From Pirellulales bacterium (GTDB taxonomy: Bacteria > Planctomycetota > Planctomycetia > Pirellulales > UBA1268): a stretch of 59,500 bases of DNA. Numbering within the stretch: the first letter of the stretch is position 1; every line of letters begins with the position of its first letter. A program made the position numbers and the translations under genes. Under the pieces are notes generated by a model. That model worked only from the letters and a program-made list of their open reading frames with translations. It did no database searches and had not been told where the DNA came from. The stretch lies in NCBI GenBank assembly GCA_044342075.1, contig JBIIQM010000005.1, positions 1 to 59,500 of the forward strand, read 5' to 3'. Below, in pieces: positions 49,887 to 58,862 of this stretch.

Positions 49887-49917
49887 AGCGGCCCGGGGCC
49901 TCGCGCCCCGGGCCGTT
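49887..49917 (+). terminator. GC-rich hairpin, probable terminator
   Basis: AGCGGCCCGGGGC-CTCGC-GCCCCGGGCCGTT after the stop at 49861. Confidence 0.55.
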
Positions 49918-49942
49918 TGCATTCAGGGAACCCGACGCCGCC

Positions 49943-51280
49943 ATGATCGCCTTCCTGCGTTCCCTCCCCGCCCGGCTCTGGCGGCTCGTCATCACGCCCT
50001 ACGAGCCCGACCCGCGGTTCGACGCCCACCTCGCGCGGGCGATCACGCAGGAACACCCGCAGGCGCGGGCGACGGTCGCCGTGCTCGCCGCCGACGAGAG
50101 CCGGCGGCTGTTCGGCGTCGACCTCGCGCGGCGCGGCATCCAGCCGGTCTTCGTGCGGATCGAAAACCGCGGCTCCGAGAACATGCGGCTGCAGTTGGTA
50201 AACATCGACCCGAAGTATTTCACGCCGCTCGAAGCCGCGGCCGTGAATCACTTCTCGATCGGCAGACGGCTCTCCGCGTTCGGCACGATGGGCTGGGTGT
50301 TCGTGCCACTCCTTGCGCTCGTGCCGCTCAAACTCGTCACGGCCTACCTTGCCAACGGCCGGATGGATGAGTTCTTTCGGGCGCGCGGGTTTCCGTTGGC
50401 GTCGATCCCGCCCGGCGGCGCCGCGGAGGGGTTTGTCTTCACGACGCTCGACCTTGGCACGAAGTCGGTGCACGTGCGGCTGGGCCGCGCCGGCGGCCTG
50501 CGGCAGGCATTCGGCAGGCTCGTGCATCCAGCGGCGCAACCGACGGCGCCGCCTGACGACGTCGAGTTTGTCTTCACGGTGCCGGTGCCCGGCATCACCG
50601 CCGACTACCTCGACCGTGACTTCGACACGATCCGTCCTCCGTCGACCGTCGAGGACTGCGATCTCGACACGCTCGTTTCGCGGCTGGAGGCGTTGCCGGC
50701 GGCGACGACCAACGCCGGCGGCACGCGGCAGGGCGACCCGGTGAACCTCGTCGTGATCGGTGAATTTGAGACGCTGCTCGGCGCCTTCGCCGCCCGCTGG
50801 GACGAGAGCGAGACGATCACGCTGGCCACCTGCTGGAAGACGGTGCGGGCCTTCCTGCTCGGCGCGAACTACCGCTATTCGCCGGTCAGCCCCCTGCACC
50901 TCTTCGGCCGCGACCAAGACATCGCCCTGCAGCGCACGCGGCACTCGATCAACGAACGGCTCCACCTGCGGCTGTGGCTGACGCCGCTCACGTTCGAGGG
51001 CAGGCCCGTCTGGGCAGGCCAGGTGAGCCGCGACATCGGCGTGCGGTTCACGACGCGGGCCTGGAACCTGACGACCCACCGCATCGATCCGAATGTCGAC
51101 GAATCCCGCGACTACGTGATCGAGGATCTGGCGCAGGCCCGCCGCGTGGCTGCCGCCGGCTACGTGGAAGGGGTGGGCGGCTGCCCGGCCACGGCGCCCA
51201 AGCGAAACCTCACGGGCGATCCGTATTTCACCGACGGCAAGCGTGCGGTGATCCTCGTCTCACCGAATCGTACACCTTGA
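49943..51280 (+). CDS. LssY C-terminal domain protein
   Basis: GDPVNLVVIG, YRYSPVSPL.LFGRDQD, RLHLRLW, GQVSRDIG, THRIDPNVDESRDY, DPYFTDG. Confidence 0.8.
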   Translation: MIAFLRSLPARLWRLVITPYEPDPRFDAHLARAITQEHPQARATVAVLAADESRRLFGVDLARRGIQPVFVRIENRGSENMRLQLVNIDPKYFTPLEAAAVNHFSIGRRLSAFGTMGWVFVPLLALVPLKLVTAYLANGRMDEFFRARGFPLASIPPGGAAEGFVFTTLDLGTKSVHVRLGRAGGLRQAFGRLVHPAAQPTAPPDDVEFVFTVPVPGITADYLDRDFDTIRPPSTVEDCDLDTLVSRLEALPAATTNAGGTRQGDPVNLVVIGEFETLLGAFAARWDESETITLATCWKTVRAFLLGANYRYSPVSPLHLFGRDQDIALQRTRHSINERLHLRLWLTPLTFEGRPVWAGQVSRDIGVRFTTRAWNLTTHRIDPNVDESRDYVIEDLAQARRVAAAGYVEGVGGCPATAPKRNLTGDPYFTDGKRAVILVSPNRTP

Positions 51281-51309
51281 TCTCCGGTCGGATATGATCG
51301 AGTTTCGTT

Positions 51310-51720
51310 ATGGTCGCACTCGATCGCCTTCCCGAGATTCTCGAGCATGAGTTGGCGGTGGCGTTTCCCCACCGACGGCTCCAGGGCGCATGGCTCTATG
51401 GCAGTCATGCGCAGGGCCGAAACCGCGCCGACAGCGATCTTGATATTGCCGTTCTATTCGAGTCGCCACTGGAACCTGTGGCGGTCTTCGACGCCGCCGC
51501 CAGGCTGGCGTCGGTGATTGGAACGTCCGTCGACCTCGTCGATCTACGGCGGGCTGGTGGCCTCTTGCGGGTCGAGGCCATCCAGGGCGGACGACCGCTC
51601 GTGCGGCCCACGACCGAGGCTGATTTGTTCGCCACCCACGCGCTCGCCGATCACCTTTCCTTTGCCGTGAACCGGCGGGCGGCGACGGCGGCAATGCAGG
51701 AGAAGTTTCGTGCCCGATGA
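51310..51720 (+). CDS. mntA: MntA-type minimal nucleotidyltransferase antitoxin
   Basis: GSHAQGRNRADSDLDIAV (GS-x10-DxD), VDLVDL. Confidence 0.9.
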   Translation: MVALDRLPEILEHELAVAFPHRRLQGAWLYGSHAQGRNRADSDLDIAVLFESPLEPVAVFDAAARLASVIGTSVDLVDLRRAGGLLRVEAIQGGRPLVRPTTEADLFATHALADHLSFAVNRRAATAAMQEKFRAR

Positions 51721-52117
51721 CGTGGTGATGCAGAAACTCGCGAGCATCGACCGCTGTCTGCGGGCGATCCGCGACTACGTCGCAGGCGACTTGGAGCGAC
51801 TCCGGGAGCCGATCGTGCTCGATGCCGTAGTGCTGAACCTGCAACGGGCATGCGAGCAGGCGATTGATGCAGCCTGTCGCGAGGTTTCGCGACGCGGTCT
51901 CGGCGTGCCGGCCGACAGCGCGGATGCGTTCTCGACGCTGGAAAGAGAGGGCGTGCTCTCGTCGCCCGTGGCTGAACGGATGCGTCGCATGGTGGGCTTT
52001 CGCAACGTTGCAGTGCATGAGTACCGCCGTCTTGATCCGGCCGTGGTGCGCACGGTCGTCGAGCATCGCCTTGGCGACTTCGCGGACTTGTGCCGCGAAC
52101 TCTCGGCGGTGTCATAA
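51710..52117 (+). CDS. hepT: HepT-type HEPN (DUF86) ribonuclease toxin
   Basis: LQRACEQAID, GFRNVAVHEY (R-x4-H-x-Y); overlaps mntA by 11 nt. Confidence 0.9.
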   Translation: MPDDVVMQKLASIDRCLRAIRDYVAGDLERLREPIVLDAVVLNLQRACEQAIDAACREVSRRGLGVPADSADAFSTLEREGVLSSPVAERMRRMVGFRNVAVHEYRRLDPAVVRTVVEHRLGDFADLCRELSAVS

Positions 52118-52143
52118 CAGCGGGACCTGCGATGAGCCTCGAT

Positions 52144-52638
52144 ATGACGACGTCCGATGTCCTGCGTTCCCTGCTGCTCGACCGCAGCGTGGCGGCGCTC
52201 GCCACGCTGCACGACGGGCGGCCGTTCGCCTCGATGATCCCGTTTGCCGCGCACGTCGCGGCGGGGAGGCTACGGCTGGTGACGCACGTGAGCGGCCTTT
52301 CGTCGCACACTCGCGACATGCTGGCCGCGCCGGAGGTCTGCCTGCTGATCACCGCGGCCGACTCGCCCGACGTGATGCCCCAGGCCCTGCCACGGGTATC
52401 GATCCCGGCGGTGGCCGAGTTCATCCCCCCCGAACACCCCGACCATGAGTCGCTGAAAGCGGCCTATCTAAGGAAGTTTCCGCACGCGGCTGATTTCTTC
52501 ATGCTCGGAGATTTCTCGCTCGTCGCGCTCGAGCCCACCTCCGCGCGGCTGATCGCCGGCTTTGCCCGGGCGCAGACGCTCACTGCCGACGCGCTCGCCG
52601 CCGCGGTCGGAGGGGCGACTCACCGACGCCCGGCATGA
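52144..52638 (+). CDS. Pyridoxamine 5-phosphate oxidase-like / HugZ-family FMN-binding protein
   Basis: ALATLHDGRPFASMIP, SGLSSHTRDM, QALPRVS, DFSLV, AGFARA. Confidence 0.85.
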   Translation: MTTSDVLRSLLLDRSVAALATLHDGRPFASMIPFAAHVAAGRLRLVTHVSGLSSHTRDMLAAPEVCLLITAADSPDVMPQALPRVSIPAVAEFIPPEHPDHESLKAAYLRKFPHAADFFMLGDFSLVALEPTSARLIAGFARAQTLTADALAAAVGGATHRRPA

Positions 52639-52719
52639 AAAGCCGGGGGTCGCCTGGAAGCCGGTGGTTTTCGAGCCCCGCTGACGATCGCAGCCTCGCG
52701 GGGTATATTTTTGCATCAG

Positions 52720-52793
52720 GGCAGCGTAGCTCAGTTGGTTAGAGCACCGGCTTCATAAGCCGGGTGTCGCCGGTTCAAGTCCGGCCGCTGCTA
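52720..52793 (+). tRNA. tRNA with CAT anticodon (elongator Met or Ile2), CCA not encoded
   Basis: Acceptor GGCAGCG/CGCTGCT, anticodon loop TTCATAA, T-loop GGTTCAAGTCC; lacks initiator GGG/CCC stem. Confidence 0.95.
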
Positions 52794-54916
52794 TTGGCGC
52801 GACCGAACGACTTCTCCTTGGTCAGGCCCCCGGTCTGAATACGACCGGGTTTGCCGCTTGAGGCCATGCTCGTGGTGTCCACGGCCTGGCGGCGATCGAG
52901 GCTCTTGCGAGCCTCCTTACGGGCATTGGGATCCACGGCCGCCAGCAACGCTCTGGCGAACGGGTTGGTGGCCGGAGACCCCGTGAGTGTGTTCTCGGCG
53001 GTGTCGGGTGTGGAGCGGGCGGCGGCAGGGAAATCCGCGTCGCCGTAGACGACCACACCTCCCTTGAGCCGCCGCACCATCCGCTTCGGCCCAAACTTCT
53101 GTTCGCCGAATGTCAGGCCGATCTTGATCCCGAGCCGGCGAAAGATATCACAGGCCTCCTCTCGATTGGCTGGATCCGCAAGCGCAGCGGCGAGGTGCCG
53201 GGCGATCCGGACGGCGGCCTCGACTTCCTCGTCGGCAGGCAACTCATCGCCGCCGGATAGGGCAGTTGTCGCCTTGGCGAGTTCGGCCTTCGCCTTCAGC
53301 GCCTCGGCCGTCAGCCGTGAGTTTTCCCGTTTGAGAATCTCGTAGGCCGCGTCGTCCCGCTCCACCGCCATACGTCTGCCGGTGGTCTCTGCGTCGGCCG
53401 TCAGGGCTGCCACCTTGGCCTCCCAGTAATCGGCCTGCTCCTTCCGCAGCGAGTCCGGCGTCGCCGATCGCAGCCGCAGGGCGTGCTCCCGGAGTTTCTC
53501 GCGGAGGGCGGCCTCTCCGGCGTGAAAAGCGAGACCGTGCGTCACCATCCGGCACGCGAACTCAAACAGTCGCTCCGACGAGACGGTATTGTGCTCACAC
53601 TCCCTGCCGTCGGAATCCTCATAACGGCTGCAGACAAACTTGAATTCACCGTGCTGCTTGTGGCCGTGCATCAATTCACCGCATCCCTCGCCGAGGCAGT
53701 GGACGCGGGTACCGAGCGGATACGTGTCGAGTGACCGCGAGCGCGGCCTCCGCTTTTGGGGGTTGGCACGGTTCGCCAGCGTTTCCTGAAGCCGGTGCCA
53801 ACGCTCCGGATCCACCAGCGGCTCGAAGCCTGCCGGGGCCGTCACGAATTCCCCAGGCTCGTTGTAGATGAGCCGCAACTGCTCGTCTCCATTGGTATCG
53901 ACCGTCAAGTCGCGATCATCGATGTCCCGCGGGCCATCAAGTGACCAGCGCTTGTGCGTGCCGCCGGACTGCCGGCCGTATGCCTGCAAGCCAATGATCA
54001 ACGGGTTTTGCAGCAGTTGCTTCACCGTCTCCGAGTGCCAAGCGGTGCTCACCGGCACATCGACACCCTTGCGCTTTCGCTTCGTGCCCGCGGCAGGAGT
54101 CGGGATACCCTTCTCCGTCAGCCGATTGGCAATCGCACGCACCCCGAGCCCCTTCTCGGCCAGCTCGATCATCCAGAGCCACACTCTGATCTTGGCCCAG
54201 TCCTTGGGCTTGATCTTCACATGACAGCCCTGCTGATCCACCTTCTTTCCCTGCGGCAGTTCCTCGATCTCCTTGCCGTTGGCGTCAACGAGAATCCGGA
54301 CAAATCCATACGGGGCCGGGCCGCCGAGGCGGTGCCCCTGCTCGGCGATGACCCTGGCCGTCTTCAGGACGCGGTCGCTGAGCTCATAGCTGTAGCGACC
54401 GCTCCGCGAATACTCGATGTTACGGGTGACAACCTCCACCGTGTCGTCTTCCCCGGGCCGCCTGGGCTCCACGATCTCGCTCTCGAAGACGATCGTCACG
54501 CCCAGTTCGAGAATCTCCTCTTCGAGCCTTGACCCATCAGACGTCCGGTGCGGCCGCGCGAGCCGATCCCGCTTATGAACGAACAAGTGGGATATTGATC
54601 GGTCAGCCTTGAGGTCGGCAATCAGCTTGTCGAGGCCCGGCCGGCTGAGTTCGGAGCCCGAGATCCCGTCGTCGACATAGAGATCGCCGATGTTGCAGGC
54701 CCCGGTTCGCTCTGCCTCGGCCACGAGCGCCGCGTCCACAGCCAGCGGGACGTTCACGTCCCGGGCCCGCTTCATGGCGACCTCGACCTGATACGCGAAT
54801 GAGTTTTCTTGCTTGTTCTTGGTCTGGCTACGGCGGCCGTACATCGCCCCGCGGCCTGGTGGTCGCTTTCGAATCACACGGCCCCGCCGGCGACCATTCC
54901 GGTTGCTACGCGTCAT
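52775..54916 (-). CDS. Large serine recombinase (resolvase + recombinase + Zn-ribbon + coiled coil)
   Basis: YGRRS (catalytic Ser), YVDDGISG...RPGL, DRLAR, GPAPYGF, NPLIIG, CLGEGC...FVC...EC, coiled-coil stretch. Confidence 0.92.
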   Translation of the reverse strand: MTRSNRNGRRRGRVIRKRPPGRGAMYGRRSQTKNKQENSFAYQVEVAMKRARDVNVPLAVDAALVAEAERTGACNIGDLYVDDGISGSELSRPGLDKLIADLKADRSISHLFVHKRDRLARPHRTSDGSRLEEEILELGVTIVFESEIVEPRRPGEDDTVEVVTRNIEYSRSGRYSYELSDRVLKTARVIAEQGHRLGGPAPYGFVRILVDANGKEIEELPQGKKVDQQGCHVKIKPKDWAKIRVWLWMIELAEKGLGVRAIANRLTEKGIPTPAAGTKRKRKGVDVPVSTAWHSETVKQLLQNPLIIGLQAYGRQSGGTHKRWSLDGPRDIDDRDLTVDTNGDEQLRLIYNEPGEFVTAPAGFEPLVDPERWHRLQETLANRANPQKRRPRSRSLDTYPLGTRVHCLGEGCGELMHGHKQHGEFKFVCSRYEDSDGRECEHNTVSSERLFEFACRMVTHGLAFHAGEAALREKLREHALRLRSATPDSLRKEQADYWEAKVAALTADAETTGRRMAVERDDAAYEILKRENSRLTAEALKAKAELAKATTALSGGDELPADEEVEAAVRIARHLAAALADPANREEACDIFRRLGIKIGLTFGEQKFGPKRMVRRLKGGVVVYGDADFPAAARSTPDTAENTLTGSPATNPFARALLAAVDPNARKEARKSLDRRQAVDTTSMASSGKPGRIQTGGLTKEKSFGRANSSGRT

Positions 54917-55439
54917 TGCTTTGCTCCTTGGTATTGCTTCGCTCGGCGATGGACATGATCACGGGCGCGAATGCCGCCGCCTGATCTACTGGGCTCGGTG
55001 GCCGAGCCATCACGATGTCGCACCCCAGCATCTCCCGAGCGTCGGGATGGCAGTGGGTCGCCCACGCCTCGACGACGCGATTAAAAATTACCGTGCCGGC
55101 AGTTGGGTCCATAAACGACATCGGGTCGACGTGGTACCGCCAGACGAGATCGGACATAGCCTTCGCAGCCGGAGGGAAGTCGAGCGGAATCAGGTGACGC
55201 AGCCCGGCGTCCTCCCAAGCGGCAACCTGCACGACCGCCGCCAACTCCGCCATGAAGCCCGGTGCGAACTTCGCCTTGGCGACATCGATGCCGATTGGCT
55301 CAAGCAGCGCATGCAGGGCAACGATCGTGCGATCGAAGACCTCGTCGACGTAGAGCTTCACCCCTGCAGCCAGGCGATCCTCGACCGGCGCCGTTGTGGT
55401 CTTTGCCGCGAAATGGCAGGCCGGTTGCGAGTATCGCAT
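54906..55439 (-). CDS. Hypothetical protein (177 aa)
   Basis: Open frame with ordinary protein-like composition; its stop overlaps the recombinase start by 11 nt. Confidence 0.65.
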   Translation of the reverse strand: MRYSQPACHFAAKTTTAPVEDRLAAGVKLYVDEVFDRTIVALHALLEPIGIDVAKAKFAPGFMAELAAVVQVAAWEDAGLRHLIPLDFPPAAKAMSDLVWRYHVDPMSFMDPTAGTVIFNRVVEAWATHCHPDAREMLGCDIVMARPPSPVDQAAAFAPVIMSIAERSNTKEQSNDA

Positions 55440-55643
55440 GGCACCCTTCCATGAGTGTGACTATCGATGCCCGCGCCACCACACCGGCCGCGAACGGGCT
55501 CTACGGAATCCATCCCGAAACACCATTGTAAAGTTCCATCGCCACGACACAAAACATTTTTCCGAGGTGTTACCTCCGCCTTCCGCTCGCGTGGCTCCCG
55601 GAGCCAGCGCTAAGTCGCCGGCCCCGGGAGCTTCACGCTGCGA

Positions 55644-55847
55644 TCAGGCTTTTTCCGCTTCACATGCGTTTGGCGGGCGACGCTGTTCCGCCCGTATTCG
55701 CCGAGCAATCAACTCGGCGAGTAACTGCCGAAACCGATGGACGCTCACAGGAAAGTGATGTGCATAGGGCGGATTCACGTCGCGTCGCTCTGCCCCGCGG
55801 TCATCGTCGGGGCCCTGATCGGGCTCCTCTCGTCTGGATCTGTTCAT
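55644..55847 (-). CDS. Small hypothetical protein (about 67 aa)
   Basis: ATG at 55847 within ORF 55644..55913; amphipathic basic helix FRQLLAELIARRIRAEQRR. Confidence 0.45.
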   Translation of the reverse strand: MNRSRREEPDQGPDDDRGAERRDVNPPYAHHFPVSVHRFRQLLAELIARRIRAEQRRPPNACEAEKA

Positions 55848-55938
55848 TGTTGGTGTATCTGTAATAAGAGAACCGGCGGCGTGCCCGGGAGCCACGTCAG
55901 CCCCAGTCGGCACGCCACCGGTCGGTCTTCATCACGAA

Positions 55939-56322
55939 TCAGGCGGCTCGCCGCATGCGTCGGCCGCAACGGATATAGACCCGCGGCTCGAGGTGGCGGT
56001 CCCAATCGAGGCCACCGGTCAACTCGGCCATGTCGACGACGTCGGGCTCGTCGTCCCGGCGTGCCGTGTCGACGACGTGGAAGCCACGGTGCCGCACCAG
56101 CTCCACCGACTCGCCGAGCAGCCTTGCCACCGACGCATTCAACTCACGGTCATTCTCAGGCTCGTCAAACACCATCTGCGCACTCTCCCCCGGGGAAATC
56201 CGGGAACAAGGGACACGTCGCCGGCGAGCGTCGCCGGCGTCGAGAGAACTGAGGCTCGCAATGGCGGTAGCCACCGCGGCCAAGGCTAGCTGATCAACGC
56301 TGACCAGCCGCCGGGAAAACAA
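55939..56322 (-). CDS. Hypothetical protein (127 aa)
   Basis: Co-oriented ORF in the island; no recognised motif. Confidence 0.45.
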   Translation of the reverse strand: MFSRRLVSVDQLALAAVATAIASLSSLDAGDARRRRVPCSRISPGESAQMVFDEPENDRELNASVARLLGESVELVRHRGFHVVDTARRDDEPDVVDMAELTGGLDWDRHLEPRVYIRCGRRMRRAA

Positions 56323-56353
56323 TTACAGCGCCCGCGAAGGCGACCATCAGCAT

Positions 56354-56797
56354 TCAGGAATTAATCAGTCGCACGTCACGAAGCAAACTGCCAACCATGT
56401 GGTCCACATGCTTGACGAGCATCGCCCGCACCACCGGTAGCAGCTTCCCGTACGGCAGGAATCGACCGCGGAGATCAGTCTGCTCGCCGAAGGAGCAGAG
56501 CAGGTGCTCGCTGTATTCGTCGGCGTTCCACACCGCTGCCCCGATTCCGCCGGGCATCAGCAGCACCGCCTGAAAGACACAAACGTCGTCGCTGTTGTCG
56601 TTCGTCAGGCCGGCGGGACGAGCGTAGATGCTTGGCCCTTCGACCTGATGACTGATGATCCCGAGCATGGCCAAATGGGACAGCTGGTCATTGACCGCCG
56701 GGATCGTGGCCTCGGCCTCTTCGAGGCCGGACCGAATCGTCGCTGCGAGCCTGGCCAGTTCGGCGGCTCGCTCGGAAAGAATCTCATGCATTGGCAT
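56354..56797 (-). CDS. Hypothetical protein (147 aa)
   Basis: AAGGA SD next to ATG; N-terminal coiled-coil-like helix, globular C-terminus. Confidence 0.65.
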   Translation of the reverse strand: MPMHEILSERAAELARLAATIRSGLEEAEATIPAVNDQLSHLAMLGIISHQVEGPSIYARPAGLTNDNSDDVCVFQAVLLMPGGIGAAVWNADEYSEHLLCSFGEQTDLRGRFLPYGKLLPVVRAMLVKHVDHMVGSLLRDVRLINS

Positions 56798-56851
56798 ATT
56801 CCTTGAAGAAAGATCGCGGCCAATACCAAAGGGCCGCTCAAGGAATATGCC
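56793..56851. promoter_or_regulatory. Perfect 14-bp inverted repeat covering the RBS and ATG of the 147-aa ORF
   Basis: GGCATATTCCTTGA (56793-56806) / TCAAGGAATATGCC (56838-56851), nested GCGGCC/GGCCGC. Confidence 0.6.
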
Positions 56852-56868
56852 GCGTTTTCGTGCGTTAT

Positions 56869-57650
56869 TTAGCGGCCGTCCTGGAGGACAGGACGGTCAA
56901 TGGCACTTCCTCCACCGTTGTCCGGACGGTGAGTTGCGTGTGAGTTCCGGTTGGTGTCTAGCTGGTGCCTGCCGGGCCGGTCGTCGTGGACCTGCACGAG
57001 CTCGGCCCAGTCGGTGGGCGGTCCACGGGCCGGTGAGACTCGCGGAGGCTCGAGCGGTTCGCCGAGGTGCGTGAGGATCTTCCGGAACGGGCCCGGATCG
57101 GTGATGAATGAGATGAGCCGGATGTCGCCACCACACCTCGGGCACTCGACTGGAAACTCCTCGCCCACCCGGGCTATGAGTTTGGCCCAGGCGATCCGCA
57201 AAGTGTCGCGTAAGCGCAGTTTGTCGCGTGAGTCGCAGCAGTCGCCGGTGGCATCTTCGCCCGCCGCATGTCCGCCGACCGCATACCCGCCGGTCGCGGC
57301 ATCGCGCCGCTTGCCGACATTCCCTTTTGTCGAGTGCCGTGACGGCGGGCCTGAGCTTGTGATTCGGGGCGAAAACCCCGTGATACCGGTGGCGGTGCTT
57401 CCGCGGTGGCGGCACGAGGGCCGAGAGCCTATCCAGAAAATCGAATGGCGAGAGTTCGACGACGCAATTTACCCCCGGCCGGGTCGATTTTCGCGAGCGG
57501 CCCGGGCCAACCCAGTTGGCCGCCTTGTGTCGGGGAGCACGTGGCGGACGCGGGCGATGCGGCCGTCTTCACCACGCCGGACGGAAAGCCGCTCCAGCGC
57601 AAAGGGCGGACGGGCACAGTATCGCAGCAGGTGCTCGAGGCCTTGGAAAT
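56869..57650 (-). pseudogene. IS91/ISCR-like (Y2) transposase C-terminal remnant, frameshifted
   Basis: LEHLLRYCARPPFALERL, PPPRKHRHRYHGVFAPN and WAKLIARV..FPVECPRCGG..RKILTHLG..ARGPP found in three different frames. Confidence 0.85.
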
Positions 57651-57654
57651 AGCT

Positions 57655-58578
57655 CGGCACGTCACGGTCGATGAGTGCGATCCGAACACTCGCATCGATC
57701 GAGAAGGTTGCAACGTACTTTGACGTGAGCGAGTCCTAGGTTCGGCGTATCAAGCAAGAGCGTCGAGAACTCAACAAGACTGCACCGTTTCTGAAGCGGC
57801 GGCGTGTGCCGCTTTGGTCTGCATTCGCGGATCAGGTCAAAGACATCATCAATCGCAAGCCGAATCTGACCCCCGAGGAACTGAAGAGGGAACTCGGGAC
57901 GGATATGTCGGTTCCGACGTTGTGCACCGCGTTGCAGCGGCTTCGCCTTACCATCAAAAAAATTACTTAACGCCTCCGAGAGGGAACGTCCGGACGTCGC
58001 GGAGAGACGGGAAGAGCTTCGTCGGGAGCAGCCGCATCTGAATCCGGAGCGTCTCGTTGTTATTGATAAAACGTGGGCCACGATGAACATGACTCGCCCA
58101 CGAGGGCGAGCATTGAGAGGGGAGCGTCTTCTGGTCAGCGTGCCTCATGGCCACTGGAAAACCACGACGTTCCTGGCGGCCCTTCGCACCACGGGTCTGA
58201 CGGCGCCTCTGGTCGTGGATGGGGCGATCAACGGCGAGATCTTCCTTGGCTGGGTAATCCACCACTTGTTGCCGACGCTAAAGCCAGGGGACAATTCTGG
58301 TGATGGCCAACCTCAGCGCTCACAAGGTGGCAGGTGCTCGAGAGGCGATCACAGCCGCTGGAGCACGGCTCGTCTATCTACCGCCGTACAGTCCAGACCT
58401 GAACCCGATTGAACTCGTCTTCTCGAAGTTCAAGTGGCTCTTGAAGAGTGCGTCGGCCAGGACTGTCGAGACCCTCTGGTCGGTGAGCAGCGACGTGCTC
58501 GATCGCTTCACGGAGGAGGAGTGCCGAAACTGCTTCAGGCACTGCGGCTACCGCTACACGTAAACCATGAGCGATTTA
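57655..58578 (+). pseudogene. IS630-family transposase, decayed
   Basis: orfA with ES(TAG)VRRIKQERR and PNLTPEELK..SVPTLCTAL, A7 at 57956-57962, orfB VIDKTW, HGHWKTTT, then a frameshift, MANL (D lost), [18 protein letters not shown]. Confidence 0.88.
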
Positions 58579-58762
58579 GGAACGGCCTGTCTGCTCGTAG
58601 AGCCTCCCACGCGAGCCCATCAGCGCTCCACACGAGGTGCAGCCCGTCCTGCCCGTTGTCCTTGAAGTAGCTGAGGATGAACGGCCCGTCGGCCCCAGCC
58701 GCATGACCGCCACCGACGGCACTCCATGACATGACGGCCATCACCAGCGCCGCCATCAGCAC
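58579..58762 (-). pseudogene. Truncated N-terminus of a GH43-like secreted glycoside hydrolase
   Basis: Signal peptide then FILSYFKDNGQDGLHLVWSADGLAWEAL..RPFL, cut at TA 58577-58578 where the IS630 end begins. Confidence 0.6.
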
Positions 58763-58862
58763 AGGGGGCCGCCAGGGAGGCGTATCGCCATTCGGGTTCG
58801 GGGGCCGCGCTCAATTCACGATGTTCCTGAGAGGCCTAGCCAAGAGGGCCCGGCGATCGACC

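Larger units (their letters stand above)
52794..58578. mobile_element. tRNA-anchored accessory island
   Basis: Starts at tRNA 3-prime end; recombinase, unknown ORFs and IS remnants; visibly less GC-biased than the core; right boundary not defined by an att repeat. Confidence 0.7.

Noticed and set aside
57736-57739. CTAG as the IS630 left target site
   Set aside because: The TAG is better explained as a Trp-to-stop mutation inside orfA, whose similarity continues upstream
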